From an uncultured bacterium (GTDB lineage Bacteria; Margulisbacteria; WOR-1; CAVSGV01): a stretch of 32,000 nt of DNA. The stretch is taken from the NCBI GenBank assembly GCA_963699255.1, contig OY969425.1:120001-152000 (forward strand), written 5' to 3'. A program made the position numbers and the translations under genes. The notes under the pieces were generated by a model, which was not told the DNA's origin, did not search any database, and saw only the letters and a list, made by a program, of their open reading frames with translations. Below, one piece after another: positions 8,468 to 16,867 of the stretch; the stretch's first letter is position 1; each line of letters starts with the position of its first letter.

Positions 8468-10827
8468 AGATACCTCTGCAATGGCTTAAAGAATATATAA
8501 AAGTGGACCTGAAGCCGCAGTCACTCGCGGATAAGATCACTATGGCGGGGCTGGAGGTCGGGGCGATAGAGTATCACGGGAAGAACATTTCTAATGTCGT
8601 GGTCGGCAAGGTCAAGACGGTGGAGCGACACGCGACAAAACCCGAGATCCTTATCTGCCAGGTTGATACCGGAGCCAAGATACTTCAGATAGTTACCAAG
8701 GCAAAGAACGTCAAAGTGGGAGACAAGATCCCTGTCGCGTTGCATGGGGCAACGCTGCCGACGGGAATGAAGATACAGAACAGGGAACTTCACGGCGTCG
8801 AATCTTTCGGGATGCTTTGTTCGGAAGCGGAACTCGGGCTTTCCGACGCCGCAGAGGGGATTTTGATCCTGGATAAAGACTCAGCTGTTGGAGAGGATAT
8901 AAGAAAAATCCTGGGCATTGGCGGAGCTGTTCTGGACATAGATGTATTGCCCAACAGGATAGATATCTTATCCATTATCGGGGTTGCCAGGGAGATCGGC
9001 GCGATACTGAACAAAAAGATAAAGGTACCTTCGGTCAGCGTCAAAGAATCAGAAGGATCGGCAAAGAAAGCGGCAAAGATCTCCATAAAAAATATGGATC
9101 TTTGCCCCCGGTACATGGCGAGGATAATAAAGGGCGTCTCGATAAAGCCTTCTCCTGAATGGATACAGGAAAGGCTGACCGCCTGCGGCATGAGGCCGAT
9201 CAATAATATCGTTGATATAACGAACTATGTGCTTCTGGAGATGGGGCAGCCTCTCCATGCATTTGACCTTAATCTGCTGAAAGATAGAACAGTGATCGTC
9301 AGAAAAGCCGAAAAAGGTGAAAAGATGGTGACGATTGACGGCGAAAAAAGAGAAATAGGCGGATGCCTTGTTATAGCCGACTCTCAAAAAGCCGTGGCTG
9401 TGGCAGGGGTAATGGGGGGAGCGGAAACGGAGGTCAATGACCTGACAAAGGACATTCTTCTTGAATCGGCTTTCTTTGATCCGAAGACGATCCACAGTGC
9501 GGAAAAACGCCTGAAGTTAAGAACAGAGGCTTCGATCAGGTTCGACAGGGGAGTGGATTGGAACGGAGTTGAGACAGCCCTCGACAGGGCTGCCGATCTT
9601 ATGGCGCAGCTGTCGGGAGGCAAGGTCCTGGCCGGCAAGATAGATATTAAGGCAAAGGACCGCAAGCCGAAGATCGTGACTTTAAGGTTAAAAAGGGTGA
9701 ATGATATTTTAGGAACCGATCTGAAGCTTTCAGAGATCAAAGCCATACTTGACAGGCTTGGATTTAAGATCAGCGGGTCAAAAGTTGAAGTACCGCTGTT
9801 CCGTGCCGGCGACATTGAAAGGGAGATCGACATTATTGAGGAGATCGCAAGGATATACGGCTATGAGAAGATACCGGTAACCCTTCCTGACCTGAAGATA
9901 AAAAGCATTAAGGGCGTTCCCGGGGACCAGATCAAAAGAATAAAGACGATCCTGGTCGACGCGGGATTGAATGAAACTATCAGTTATTCAATGCTGCCGC
10001 CGGCGGAAGTGAACATCGGGGAGCCGCACGGAGAATCCATCAGGATATTGAACCCCATATCGGAGGACCTGTCCGTTATGAGAAAAGCGATCATTCCAAG
10101 CCTCCTCAAAGTTTTGACCTTCAACCTGAACAGGCAGATCGAAGATGTGAACATTTTCGAGGTTGGAAAGATCTTTTACAGGGACAACAAAGGGGTGAAC
10201 ATCGAGAGAACGGAACTCGGAGCGGTCTTATTCGGCAAAAGAAGTTACCGATATGAGGGAGGGAAGGAAAATATCGACTTCTTCCAGGTTAAAAAGATCG
10301 TTGAGGATGTATTAGCGTATCTGGGCGTAAGTTATGAGATCAAAGAAAATATCCTGCCGGGCTATCATCCCAGCAAATCAGCAGCTATTTATAAGAACGG
10401 AAAAACCATAGGCGTTTTCGGGGAGCTTCATCCGGATATCGCAGCGAGCCTGGGCCTTGATAAACCCGTGCACGTTCTTTCCTTGGACCTTGATGCAGTG
10501 CTGAACATTAAAAAGCTGCCTCCCAAATACAGAGAGATCCCGTCATATCCTGCCGTTAGGCGTGATATAGCAATGGTAGTTCCTTACGGCGTTACCCACA
10601 GAGCCATTATGGACGAGATAAAGGCTTCAGGCGGCGAGCTTGTGGAGGAAGTGGTCCTGTTCGACAAATATGAAGGCAGCCAGATAGAGAAAGGCTATTA
10701 CAGCCTCGCTTACTCCGTAACATACCGCAACTACGGCCGAACGCTGACCGTAGAAGAAGTCAACGCAAAACATGAGGAAATATCACAGAACCTGGCCGAT
10801 AAGCTCGCCGTAAAAGTGCGAAAATAG
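8464..10827 (+). CDS. pheT: Phenylalanine--tRNA ligase beta subunit
   Basis: 787 aa. It has an N-terminal tRNA-binding (OB) region, B3/4 and B5 regions, and a C-terminal FDX-ACB-like region (PSYPAVRRDIAMVV). It is translationally coupled to pheS. Confidence 0.93.
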   Translation: MKIPLQWLKEYIKVDLKPQSLADKITMAGLEVGAIEYHGKNISNVVVGKVKTVERHATKPEILICQVDTGAKILQIVTKAKNVKVGDKIPVALHGATLPTGMKIQNRELHGVESFGMLCSEAELGLSDAAEGILILDKDSAVGEDIRKILGIGGAVLDIDVLPNRIDILSIIGVAREIGAILNKKIKVPSVSVKESEGSAKKAAKISIKNMDLCPRYMARIIKGVSIKPSPEWIQERLTACGMRPINNIVDITNYVLLEMGQPLHAFDLNLLKDRTVIVRKAEKGEKMVTIDGEKREIGGCLVIADSQKAVAVAGVMGGAETEVNDLTKDILLESAFFDPKTIHSAEKRLKLRTEASIRFDRGVDWNGVETALDRAADLMAQLSGGKVLAGKIDIKAKDRKPKIVTLRLKRVNDILGTDLKLSEIKAILDRLGFKISGSKVEVPLFRAGDIEREIDIIEEIARIYGYEKIPVTLPDLKIKSIKGVPGDQIKRIKTILVDAGLNETISYSMLPPAEVNIGEPHGESIRILNPISEDLSVMRKAIIPSLLKVLTFNLNRQIEDVNIFEVGKIFYRDNKGVNIERTELGAVLFGKRSYRYEGGKENIDFFQVKKIVEDVLAYLGVSYEIKENILPGYHPSKSAAIYKNGKTIGVFGELHPDIAASLGLDKPVHVLSLDLDAVLNIKKLPPKYREIPSYPAVRRDIAMVVPYGVTHRAIMDEIKASGGELVEEVVLFDKYEGSQIEKGYYSLAYSVTYRNYGRTLTVEEVNAKHEEISQNLADKLAVKVRK

Positions 10828-10869
10828 AAGGGCTCGCCCCAACGAAATGTCGGGGTGACGATTAAGGTT

Positions 10870-13362
10870 ATGAATACTACAGAGACCGTTACTCCTATGG
10901 TCAAGCAATATCAAGATATCAAATCCCGTCACAAGGATGCCATCTTGTTCTTCAGACTGGGCGACTTCTACGAGATGTTCTATGACGACGCAAAGATCGC
11001 TTCCCGTGAGCTTGCGTTAACGCTCACAGGCAGGGGAGAAGGCGAAAAAAGGATGCCCATGTGCGGCGTTCCTTATCACGCAGCCGACAATTATATTTCA
11101 AAGCTCCTTGGAAAAGGTTATAAGGTCGCCATCTGCGACCAGGTGGAGGATCCCAGGCTCGCAAAAGGCATAGTGAAACGGGAGATCATTAAAGTGATAA
11201 CGCCCGGCACTGTGCAGGAAAGCAAAATGCTTGATGAAAGGTCGAGCAATTTCCTTCTCGCGATCTCTTTTCAGAAAAACGAATCCGGCATAGCTTACAT
11301 AGACGCCACGACGGGGGAGTTCAAGGTCACAACGTTCCCCAAGGCAAAAGGCATTGATGACATTATCGAAGAAATCAAAAGGATCGCGCCATCGGAGGTG
11401 CTCGTTCCCGACCTTATTCCCGAGGAAGCGTCTTACCTTTCCGAGAACCTTAAAGCAGCGGGGTACTCATTGTCGGATTATAAGGATATCTATGATGTTG
11501 AAACGGCTAAAAAAAGATTGAAAGAACATTTCAGCGTCTCATCGCTCGAGAGTTTCGGCCTCTCCGGTTTTGAGGCGGCTTACGGCGCGGCTTCCGCTAT
11601 CCTTGAATATTTGAAGCAGACGCAAAAGGGAGCGCTTGCGCACGTCAATAAGATCCAGCCTTATAAGATCGGCGATTTCATGTACATCGATTCATCAACA
11701 AGGAAGAACCTTGAACTGCTGTTGAACGTAAGGGACAGATCGGAAGAAGGAAGCCTCTTATGGGCGCTGGACCGGACATCAAGCGCGATGGGAAGCAGGC
11801 TGCTGAAAAAATGGATATCCCAGCCGCTTCTTGACATAAAGGAGATAGATCTCAGGCTTGATGCTGTTGAAGAGCTGTCAGGCGATCTGCTTCTGCGAGA
11901 AGAGCTTTCTAAACATCTGCTGTCCGTTTTCGACATTGAAAGGCTCACGGGGCGGGTAGCCTCGCAGGCGGCGAACGCAAGGGACCTGATCGCGCTGAAA
12001 GAATCGCTAGCGTATCTCCCCAAGATCAAGCTCGCCCTGAAAAGCTGCAGATCCGCGGTGATCGGCAAAGTGAAAGAGCTCAACGAGCAGTCGGAAGTCG
12101 TGGATCTGATCGATAGGGCCATAAATCCCGATCCTCCCCACACATTAAAAGAAGGCAACTTGATAAAAAAAGGCTTTAACGAAGAACTGGATAAAATAAT
12201 AGAAATGACGCAGGGCAACAAAGAATGGATCTCGCAGCTGGAACTTCAAGAGAGACAGCGCACTGGCATCAAGTCCCTGAAAGTCGGATTTACGTCCGTG
12301 TTCGGGTATTATATAGAGGTTTCAAAGGCCAATCTGGGATCGGTGCCGGCGGATTACATCAGAAAACAGACACTGGTCAATTGCGAAAGATTTATCACTC
12401 CATCCCTTAAGGAGAGGGAAGCTCTCATACTTAATGCTCAAGAGAAGATGTGCGTCCTTGAATACGACATTTTTATTGAGGTCAGAGATCGACTGTCCTC
12501 GCACACAAAAGACCTTCAGGTGATCTCGCAGGCGCTGGCACAGCTCGATGTCCTCCTTTCTTTTGCGTCAGTTGCAGCTGAGAAGAAATATTCAAGGCCT
12601 GTCCTTGGGGTTAGCGGCGGGATCCATATAAAGAACGGCCGTCATCCGGTGGTGGAGGCGACCCTTGGGATGAACACGTTCGTGCCCAACGATACCGATA
12701 TGGATCCGGATACAAGCCGCTTTGTCTTGATAACCGGGCCGAACATGGCGGGCAAATCAACTTACATGCGCCAGGTTTCCCTTATCTGTTTGATGGCGCA
12801 GATCGGTTCTTTTGTCCCCGCGGATTCCGCCGGACTTCCCGTCATTGACAGGATCTTCACCAGGATCGGGGCGATGGATGACATTTTTGCCGGGCAGTCA
12901 ACGTTCATGGTGGAGATGACGGAAACCGCGAACATCATAAATAATGCCACATCGAGAAGCCTCATAATACTCGACGAGATCGGCAGGGGGACTTCAACCT
13001 TCGACGGCATGTCGATCGCCGCATCGGTCGCCGAATTCATTCATACAAAAATAAAAGCATACACCCTTTTTGCGACGCACTATCACGAAATAACCCAGCT
13101 CGCGGACAAGCATCCCGGGATGAAAAACCTGAACACTCTTGTTAAGAAAGAGGGGGACAAGGTCATATTCCTCCACAAGATCGTTGATGGATCCGCGGAC
13201 CAGTCGTATGGCATAGAGGTCGCGAAGCTTGCCGGTCTTCCGGAAGTTGTTATCACAAGGGCAAAAGAGATATATAATACTCTTGAGATGGTGGAGCAGG
13301 ACGTCGCTAAGGTGCCAAAGGGCAGGCGTGCCGGCAAACAGGATCAAATGGGTTTGTTCTGA
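10870..13362 (+). CDS. mutS: DNA mismatch repair protein MutS
   Basis: N-terminal mismatch-recognition region (TPMVKQYQDIK, FFRLGDFYEMF), Walker A GPNMAGKST, DEIGRGTST and TLFATHYHE. ATG 10870 is preferred over GTG 10855 because it matches the usual spacing before TPM. Confidence 0.93.
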   Translation: MNTTETVTPMVKQYQDIKSRHKDAILFFRLGDFYEMFYDDAKIASRELALTLTGRGEGEKRMPMCGVPYHAADNYISKLLGKGYKVAICDQVEDPRLAKGIVKREIIKVITPGTVQESKMLDERSSNFLLAISFQKNESGIAYIDATTGEFKVTTFPKAKGIDDIIEEIKRIAPSEVLVPDLIPEEASYLSENLKAAGYSLSDYKDIYDVETAKKRLKEHFSVSSLESFGLSGFEAAYGAASAILEYLKQTQKGALAHVNKIQPYKIGDFMYIDSSTRKNLELLLNVRDRSEEGSLLWALDRTSSAMGSRLLKKWISQPLLDIKEIDLRLDAVEELSGDLLLREELSKHLLSVFDIERLTGRVASQAANARDLIALKESLAYLPKIKLALKSCRSAVIGKVKELNEQSEVVDLIDRAINPDPPHTLKEGNLIKKGFNEELDKIIEMTQGNKEWISQLELQERQRTGIKSLKVGFTSVFGYYIEVSKANLGSVPADYIRKQTLVNCERFITPSLKEREALILNAQEKMCVLEYDIFIEVRDRLSSHTKDLQVISQALAQLDVLLSFASVAAEKKYSRPVLGVSGGIHIKNGRHPVVEATLGMNTFVPNDTDMDPDTSRFVLITGPNMAGKSTYMRQVSLICLMAQIGSFVPADSAGLPVIDRIFTRIGAMDDIFAGQSTFMVEMTETANIINNATSRSLIILDEIGRGTSTFDGMSIAASVAEFIHTKIKAYTLFATHYHEITQLADKHPGMKNLNTLVKKEGDKVIFLHKIVDGSADQSYGIEVAKLAGLPEVVITRAKEIYNTLEMVEQDVAKVPKGRRAGKQDQMGLF

Positions 13363-13377
13363 AAGGGAGGCAGGATC

Positions 13378-14553
13378 ATGAGGACAAGCAAAGGGAATCT
13401 GCTCATAACTTTTATTTTACTGGTCGCTTTAAGCATAACCGTATTCTCCTATATTTATTTGATCAGCTTCAGGATTAAGGACACGGGGATAAAAGTTTCC
13501 GAATTTGATTCTTTCTATGCTGCTGATGCCGGGCTCAATAAAGCCATATGGTATCTGGGTACGCCGACAGGCCAGGGCGGCAAAGGAATGACTTGGAGAA
13601 CTACCAGCAGCTGGGAGTCATTTGGCAGGGGAGGTTATTACATAACGGTCATGAATTATGTCTCTGGCGAAGTGATGATAATTTCGACGGGAGAGGTTGG
13701 AGGGATAGCGAAAACTGTTTCCCAGGCGATAAGCACGGGAGGGCTCCCTCTTGCTTTTGATTATTCTGTTTTCTGCAACAGCACGGCGTCTTTGAGCGGC
13801 AACACTATAGTGGACGGCGATATGTATGTGAACGGGAACACGACACTCAGCGGGAATACGCATGTTCAGAATGGTCTCCTTGATCATCCAACCGGGACTA
13901 CCATCTCACATTCGGGGAACGTCACATATACTGACGGCGGGCAGCCGGATCCCGCGCCATCATTTCCCGTGATAGATACATCTTATTATAATAACCTGAT
14001 CAATCTTGCCAAGAGCGCACCTTCCGGCAATGTTTCATACAGTAATTCGACAACGAACCTGAACGGCGGGATAGTTTATGTTCATGGAAATGTGACAATT
14101 TCGGGCAACACGACCTTCAATGGTCCCGGGACCGTGGTCGCTTCGGGTACGATCTCATTATCCGGAAATACATACAGCAGCGGCTCTGTCACATTTATAT
14201 CCGCGGGACAGACAAGTCTCACAGGTAATACATACACGAACGGAGCGGTATATTACAGTTCAACCTCTCTGTCCGCTTCCGGCAATACCAGAGTGAGCGT
14301 TGGCGGATTCCTTTCAGCCGGTTCAATCGTGCTGTCCGGAAATTTGAACATGTCCGGTCTGGTATATGCCCTGGGCAGTGTCGCTATGTCCGGCAACGGC
14401 CAGGTAACAGGTGCTATGGTCGCTTCTTCTGTGACAGGGCTTTCAGGTAACGCTCATGTGACTTATGACTCCAGTGTCCTGCCTTCCTCATCACCGATCG
14501 GATTTCCAAGTACTACGATGTCAGTATTAAAAGGATCATGGAAAGGAAATTGA
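13378..14553 (+). CDS. PilX-N-terminal-like membrane-anchored protein with C-terminal SGN-repeat (predicted beta-solenoid) region
   Basis: RBS GGGAGG precedes the ATG. It has one N-terminal hydrophobic helix (LLITFILLVALSITVFSYIYLI) followed by FYAADAGLNKA, resembling the PilX_N signature. There are 10 SGN plus 1 TGN motifs between aa 140 and 358, mostly 18-21 aa apart. Confidence 0.6.
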   Translation: MRTSKGNLLITFILLVALSITVFSYIYLISFRIKDTGIKVSEFDSFYAADAGLNKAIWYLGTPTGQGGKGMTWRTTSSWESFGRGGYYITVMNYVSGEVMIISTGEVGGIAKTVSQAISTGGLPLAFDYSVFCNSTASLSGNTIVDGDMYVNGNTTLSGNTHVQNGLLDHPTGTTISHSGNVTYTDGGQPDPAPSFPVIDTSYYNNLINLAKSAPSGNVSYSNSTTNLNGGIVYVHGNVTISGNTTFNGPGTVVASGTISLSGNTYSSGSVTFISAGQTSLTGNTYTNGAVYYSSTSLSASGNTRVSVGGFLSAGSIVLSGNLNMSGLVYALGSVAMSGNGQVTGAMVASSVTGLSGNAHVTYDSSVLPSSSPIGFPSTTMSVLKGSWKGN

Positions 14554-14558
14554 AATAA

Positions 14559-16739
14559 TTGTCGAAAAAGCCCCTTAACATAGCTTTCGTCTGGCACATG
14601 CACCAGCCTTTCTATAAAGACCTTGTTACAGGCGAATATGTCCTTCCATGGGTCAGGCTGCACGCAATAAAGGACTACTACGATATGGTGGCCATCCTTG
14701 ATGATTTTAGCGGGATCAAGCAGACCTTTAACCTTGTGCCTTCTCTTCTTGAGCAGATCGAGGATTACGTTGGCGGAGGTGCCTCAGATAAACATCTGAA
14801 GATAACCCTCAAGAGCCCGGCGGACCTTTCATACGAGGACAAGGTATTCATGCTCCAGAACTTTTTCATGGCGAACTGGGAGACCATGGTCAACCCGTAT
14901 AAAAGGTATCTGGAGCTGCTGTTGAAGCGGGGAAGGTTCGTATCGCTGGATGAAATAAAAAAAGTGGCGCGGCGTTTTACGGACCAGGAGCTGATCGATC
15001 TTCAGGTATGGTTCAATCTCACGTGGTTCGGCAATATATATAAAACAAAGGATCCTGTCGTCAGAGCGTTGCTGGAGAAAGGCAGGAATTTCACCGGAGA
15101 GGATAAGGCTGCTTTGATCGGCAAGCAAAAGGAACTGATGGCTGCTGTTATCCCAAAATATAAGGAGATGCAGCAAAAAGGGCAGATCGAAATAACGGTG
15201 ACGCCTTATTTTCACCCCATACTTCCTCTTTTATTGGATACTAATTCAGCAAAAGTGGCATTACCATCAATTAAGCTGCCCGCATCCAGGTTCAGGCATC
15301 CTGAAGATGCGGCCTTCCAGGTCAATGAGGCCGTTAGGTACATGAAAGAACATTTCGGTTCGGCGCCTTCCGGCATGTGGCCGTCCGAGGGATCGGTTTC
15401 CGAGGATATATTGCCGATAATCTGCAGCGCCGGAATTAAATGGATAGCCACCGACGAGGAAATACTTATCAGGTCGCTGGGCAGAGCCGATGTCAAGGTA
15501 AGAGGGCTGCCCTCGCAGGAGCTTTTTAGCGCGTACAATCTGCGCAGGGAGGACTGTTCGCTTAACATCATTTTCAGGGACCACAACCTTTCGGATCTCA
15601 TTGGTTTTACATATTCGAAATGGGACAGCAGAGATGCTGTCTCCGATTTTATGACACATCTTAGCAACATCAGGGCATCGTTGCCGGATGACGGGAAAAA
15701 TTACCTTGTCAGCATAATTCTGGATGGCGAGAACGCATGGGAATATTACAAGAATAACGGCTGGGATTTCTTAAGCGGGCTGTATGAGAGGTTGTCAGGT
15801 GACAGCGATTTTAAGACCGTCAGAGTATGCGACTTTTTGGCGGAGAACCCGCCGGAGAGATCGCTCCCATATTTATTTTCAGGGTCATGGATAAATCATG
15901 ATTTCAGGGTCTGGATAGGGCACGATGAGGATAATAAAGCGTGGGATTATTTAAATAACGCAAGGATGGCGCTGGTGAGCTCAAACACGCAGGATAAGAC
16001 CGCGTGGAAAGAATTCTATGTGGCGGAAGGCAGCGACTGGTGCTGGTGGTTCGGTGACGACCACTCTTCGGAGAACGACGAAATATTCGATGCGCTTTAC
16101 AGGAAGCATCTGAAAAACATTTATCATCTGATCGGAAAACCCGCTCCGCAGTACCTTGATATTCCCATTAAACATATAACGACCATAAGGCCTACGAGAG
16201 AGCCCGCGTACACGATCAAACCTGTCCTGGATGGCGAGGTAACGAATTATTATGAGTGGTTGTCCGCCGGTTATTATGATATAGGAAAACTGAAAGGCGC
16301 AATGCACCAGGCTGAGACAGTGATCAAGGAGATCTATTACGGGTTTGATACGGATAATATGTATGTCCGACTTGATGTTGGATTTCCTTTAAGCGATCTG
16401 GAACTGAGGAGTTTCTCGTTCGCTCTTATTCTTCTGCACCCCCATCAGTATAAGATAAGCGCTTCATATAAAAAGGAAAAAGGGAAATTCGATCTTGATA
16501 TTTTCAAGCTCGAGGACGATCACTGGAGTTTTATGAAGACGATCGAATCGGTCGGAATAAATCGCATCGTGGAGGTGGCCGTTCCTTTTTCCGAGATCGC
16601 GGCTGGCCCGAATGACGAGATACAATTCGTTACCGCTGTGGAAAAGGACCATCAGGAGCTGGAGAGATGGCCGAGAGGTGGCAGTATTAATTTTTCCGTT
16701 CCCGCCCACGACTATGAAGAAAAACAATGGAGCGTGTAA
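14559..16739 (+). CDS. GH57-family glycoside hydrolase (amylopullulanase / alpha-amylase-like; specificity unknown)
   Basis: GH57 conserved regions are present: VWHMHQPFY, GQIEITVTPYFHPILP, GMWPSEGSVS (nucleophile Glu region) and IILDGENAWEYY (acid/base Asp region). The TTG start is inferred because the conserved N-terminus begins before the first ATG. Confidence 0.85.
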   Translation: MSKKPLNIAFVWHMHQPFYKDLVTGEYVLPWVRLHAIKDYYDMVAILDDFSGIKQTFNLVPSLLEQIEDYVGGGASDKHLKITLKSPADLSYEDKVFMLQNFFMANWETMVNPYKRYLELLLKRGRFVSLDEIKKVARRFTDQELIDLQVWFNLTWFGNIYKTKDPVVRALLEKGRNFTGEDKAALIGKQKELMAAVIPKYKEMQQKGQIEITVTPYFHPILPLLLDTNSAKVALPSIKLPASRFRHPEDAAFQVNEAVRYMKEHFGSAPSGMWPSEGSVSEDILPIICSAGIKWIATDEEILIRSLGRADVKVRGLPSQELFSAYNLRREDCSLNIIFRDHNLSDLIGFTYSKWDSRDAVSDFMTHLSNIRASLPDDGKNYLVSIILDGENAWEYYKNNGWDFLSGLYERLSGDSDFKTVRVCDFLAENPPERSLPYLFSGSWINHDFRVWIGHDEDNKAWDYLNNARMALVSSNTQDKTAWKEFYVAEGSDWCWWFGDDHSSENDEIFDALYRKHLKNIYHLIGKPAPQYLDIPIKHITTIRPTREPAYTIKPVLDGEVTNYYEWLSAGYYDIGKLKGAMHQAETVIKEIYYGFDTDNMYVRLDVGFPLSDLELRSFSFALILLHPHQYKISASYKKEKGKFDLDIFKLEDDHWSFMKTIESVGINRIVEVAVPFSEIAAGPNDEIQFVTAVEKDHQELERWPRGGSINFSVPAHDYEEKQWSV

Positions 16740-16759
16740 GATAGAGCGCTTTGATGCCT

Positions 16760-16846
16760 GGAACCTGCGACTAAACGTCGCGGTTCCAATTAGCTGGGTT
16801 TATTTTAGTATGATTTTAGGAGCCGAGGCGTTCAGCCCCAGGCTCC
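16760..16846 (+). repeat. Two-hairpin intergenic repeat element, copy 2 (H1 16760-16787, CCAATTAG, spacer, H2 16819-16846)
   Basis: H1 is GGAACCTGCGAC-taaac-GTCGCGGTTCC followed by AATTAG. H2 is GGAGCCGAGGC-gttca-GCCCCAGGCTCC. The core is 25/27 identical to copy 1, and the first 14 nt of H2 are identical. Confidence 0.75.
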
Positions 16847-16867
16847 TAAAGGGTAGAAAGATAATAT

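Noticed and set aside
10855-10869. GTG 10855 as the mutS start.
   Set aside because: ATG 10870 gives the usual short N-terminus before the TPM(V/M)xQY motif. Neither candidate has a strong RBS, so this remains a minor ambiguity.
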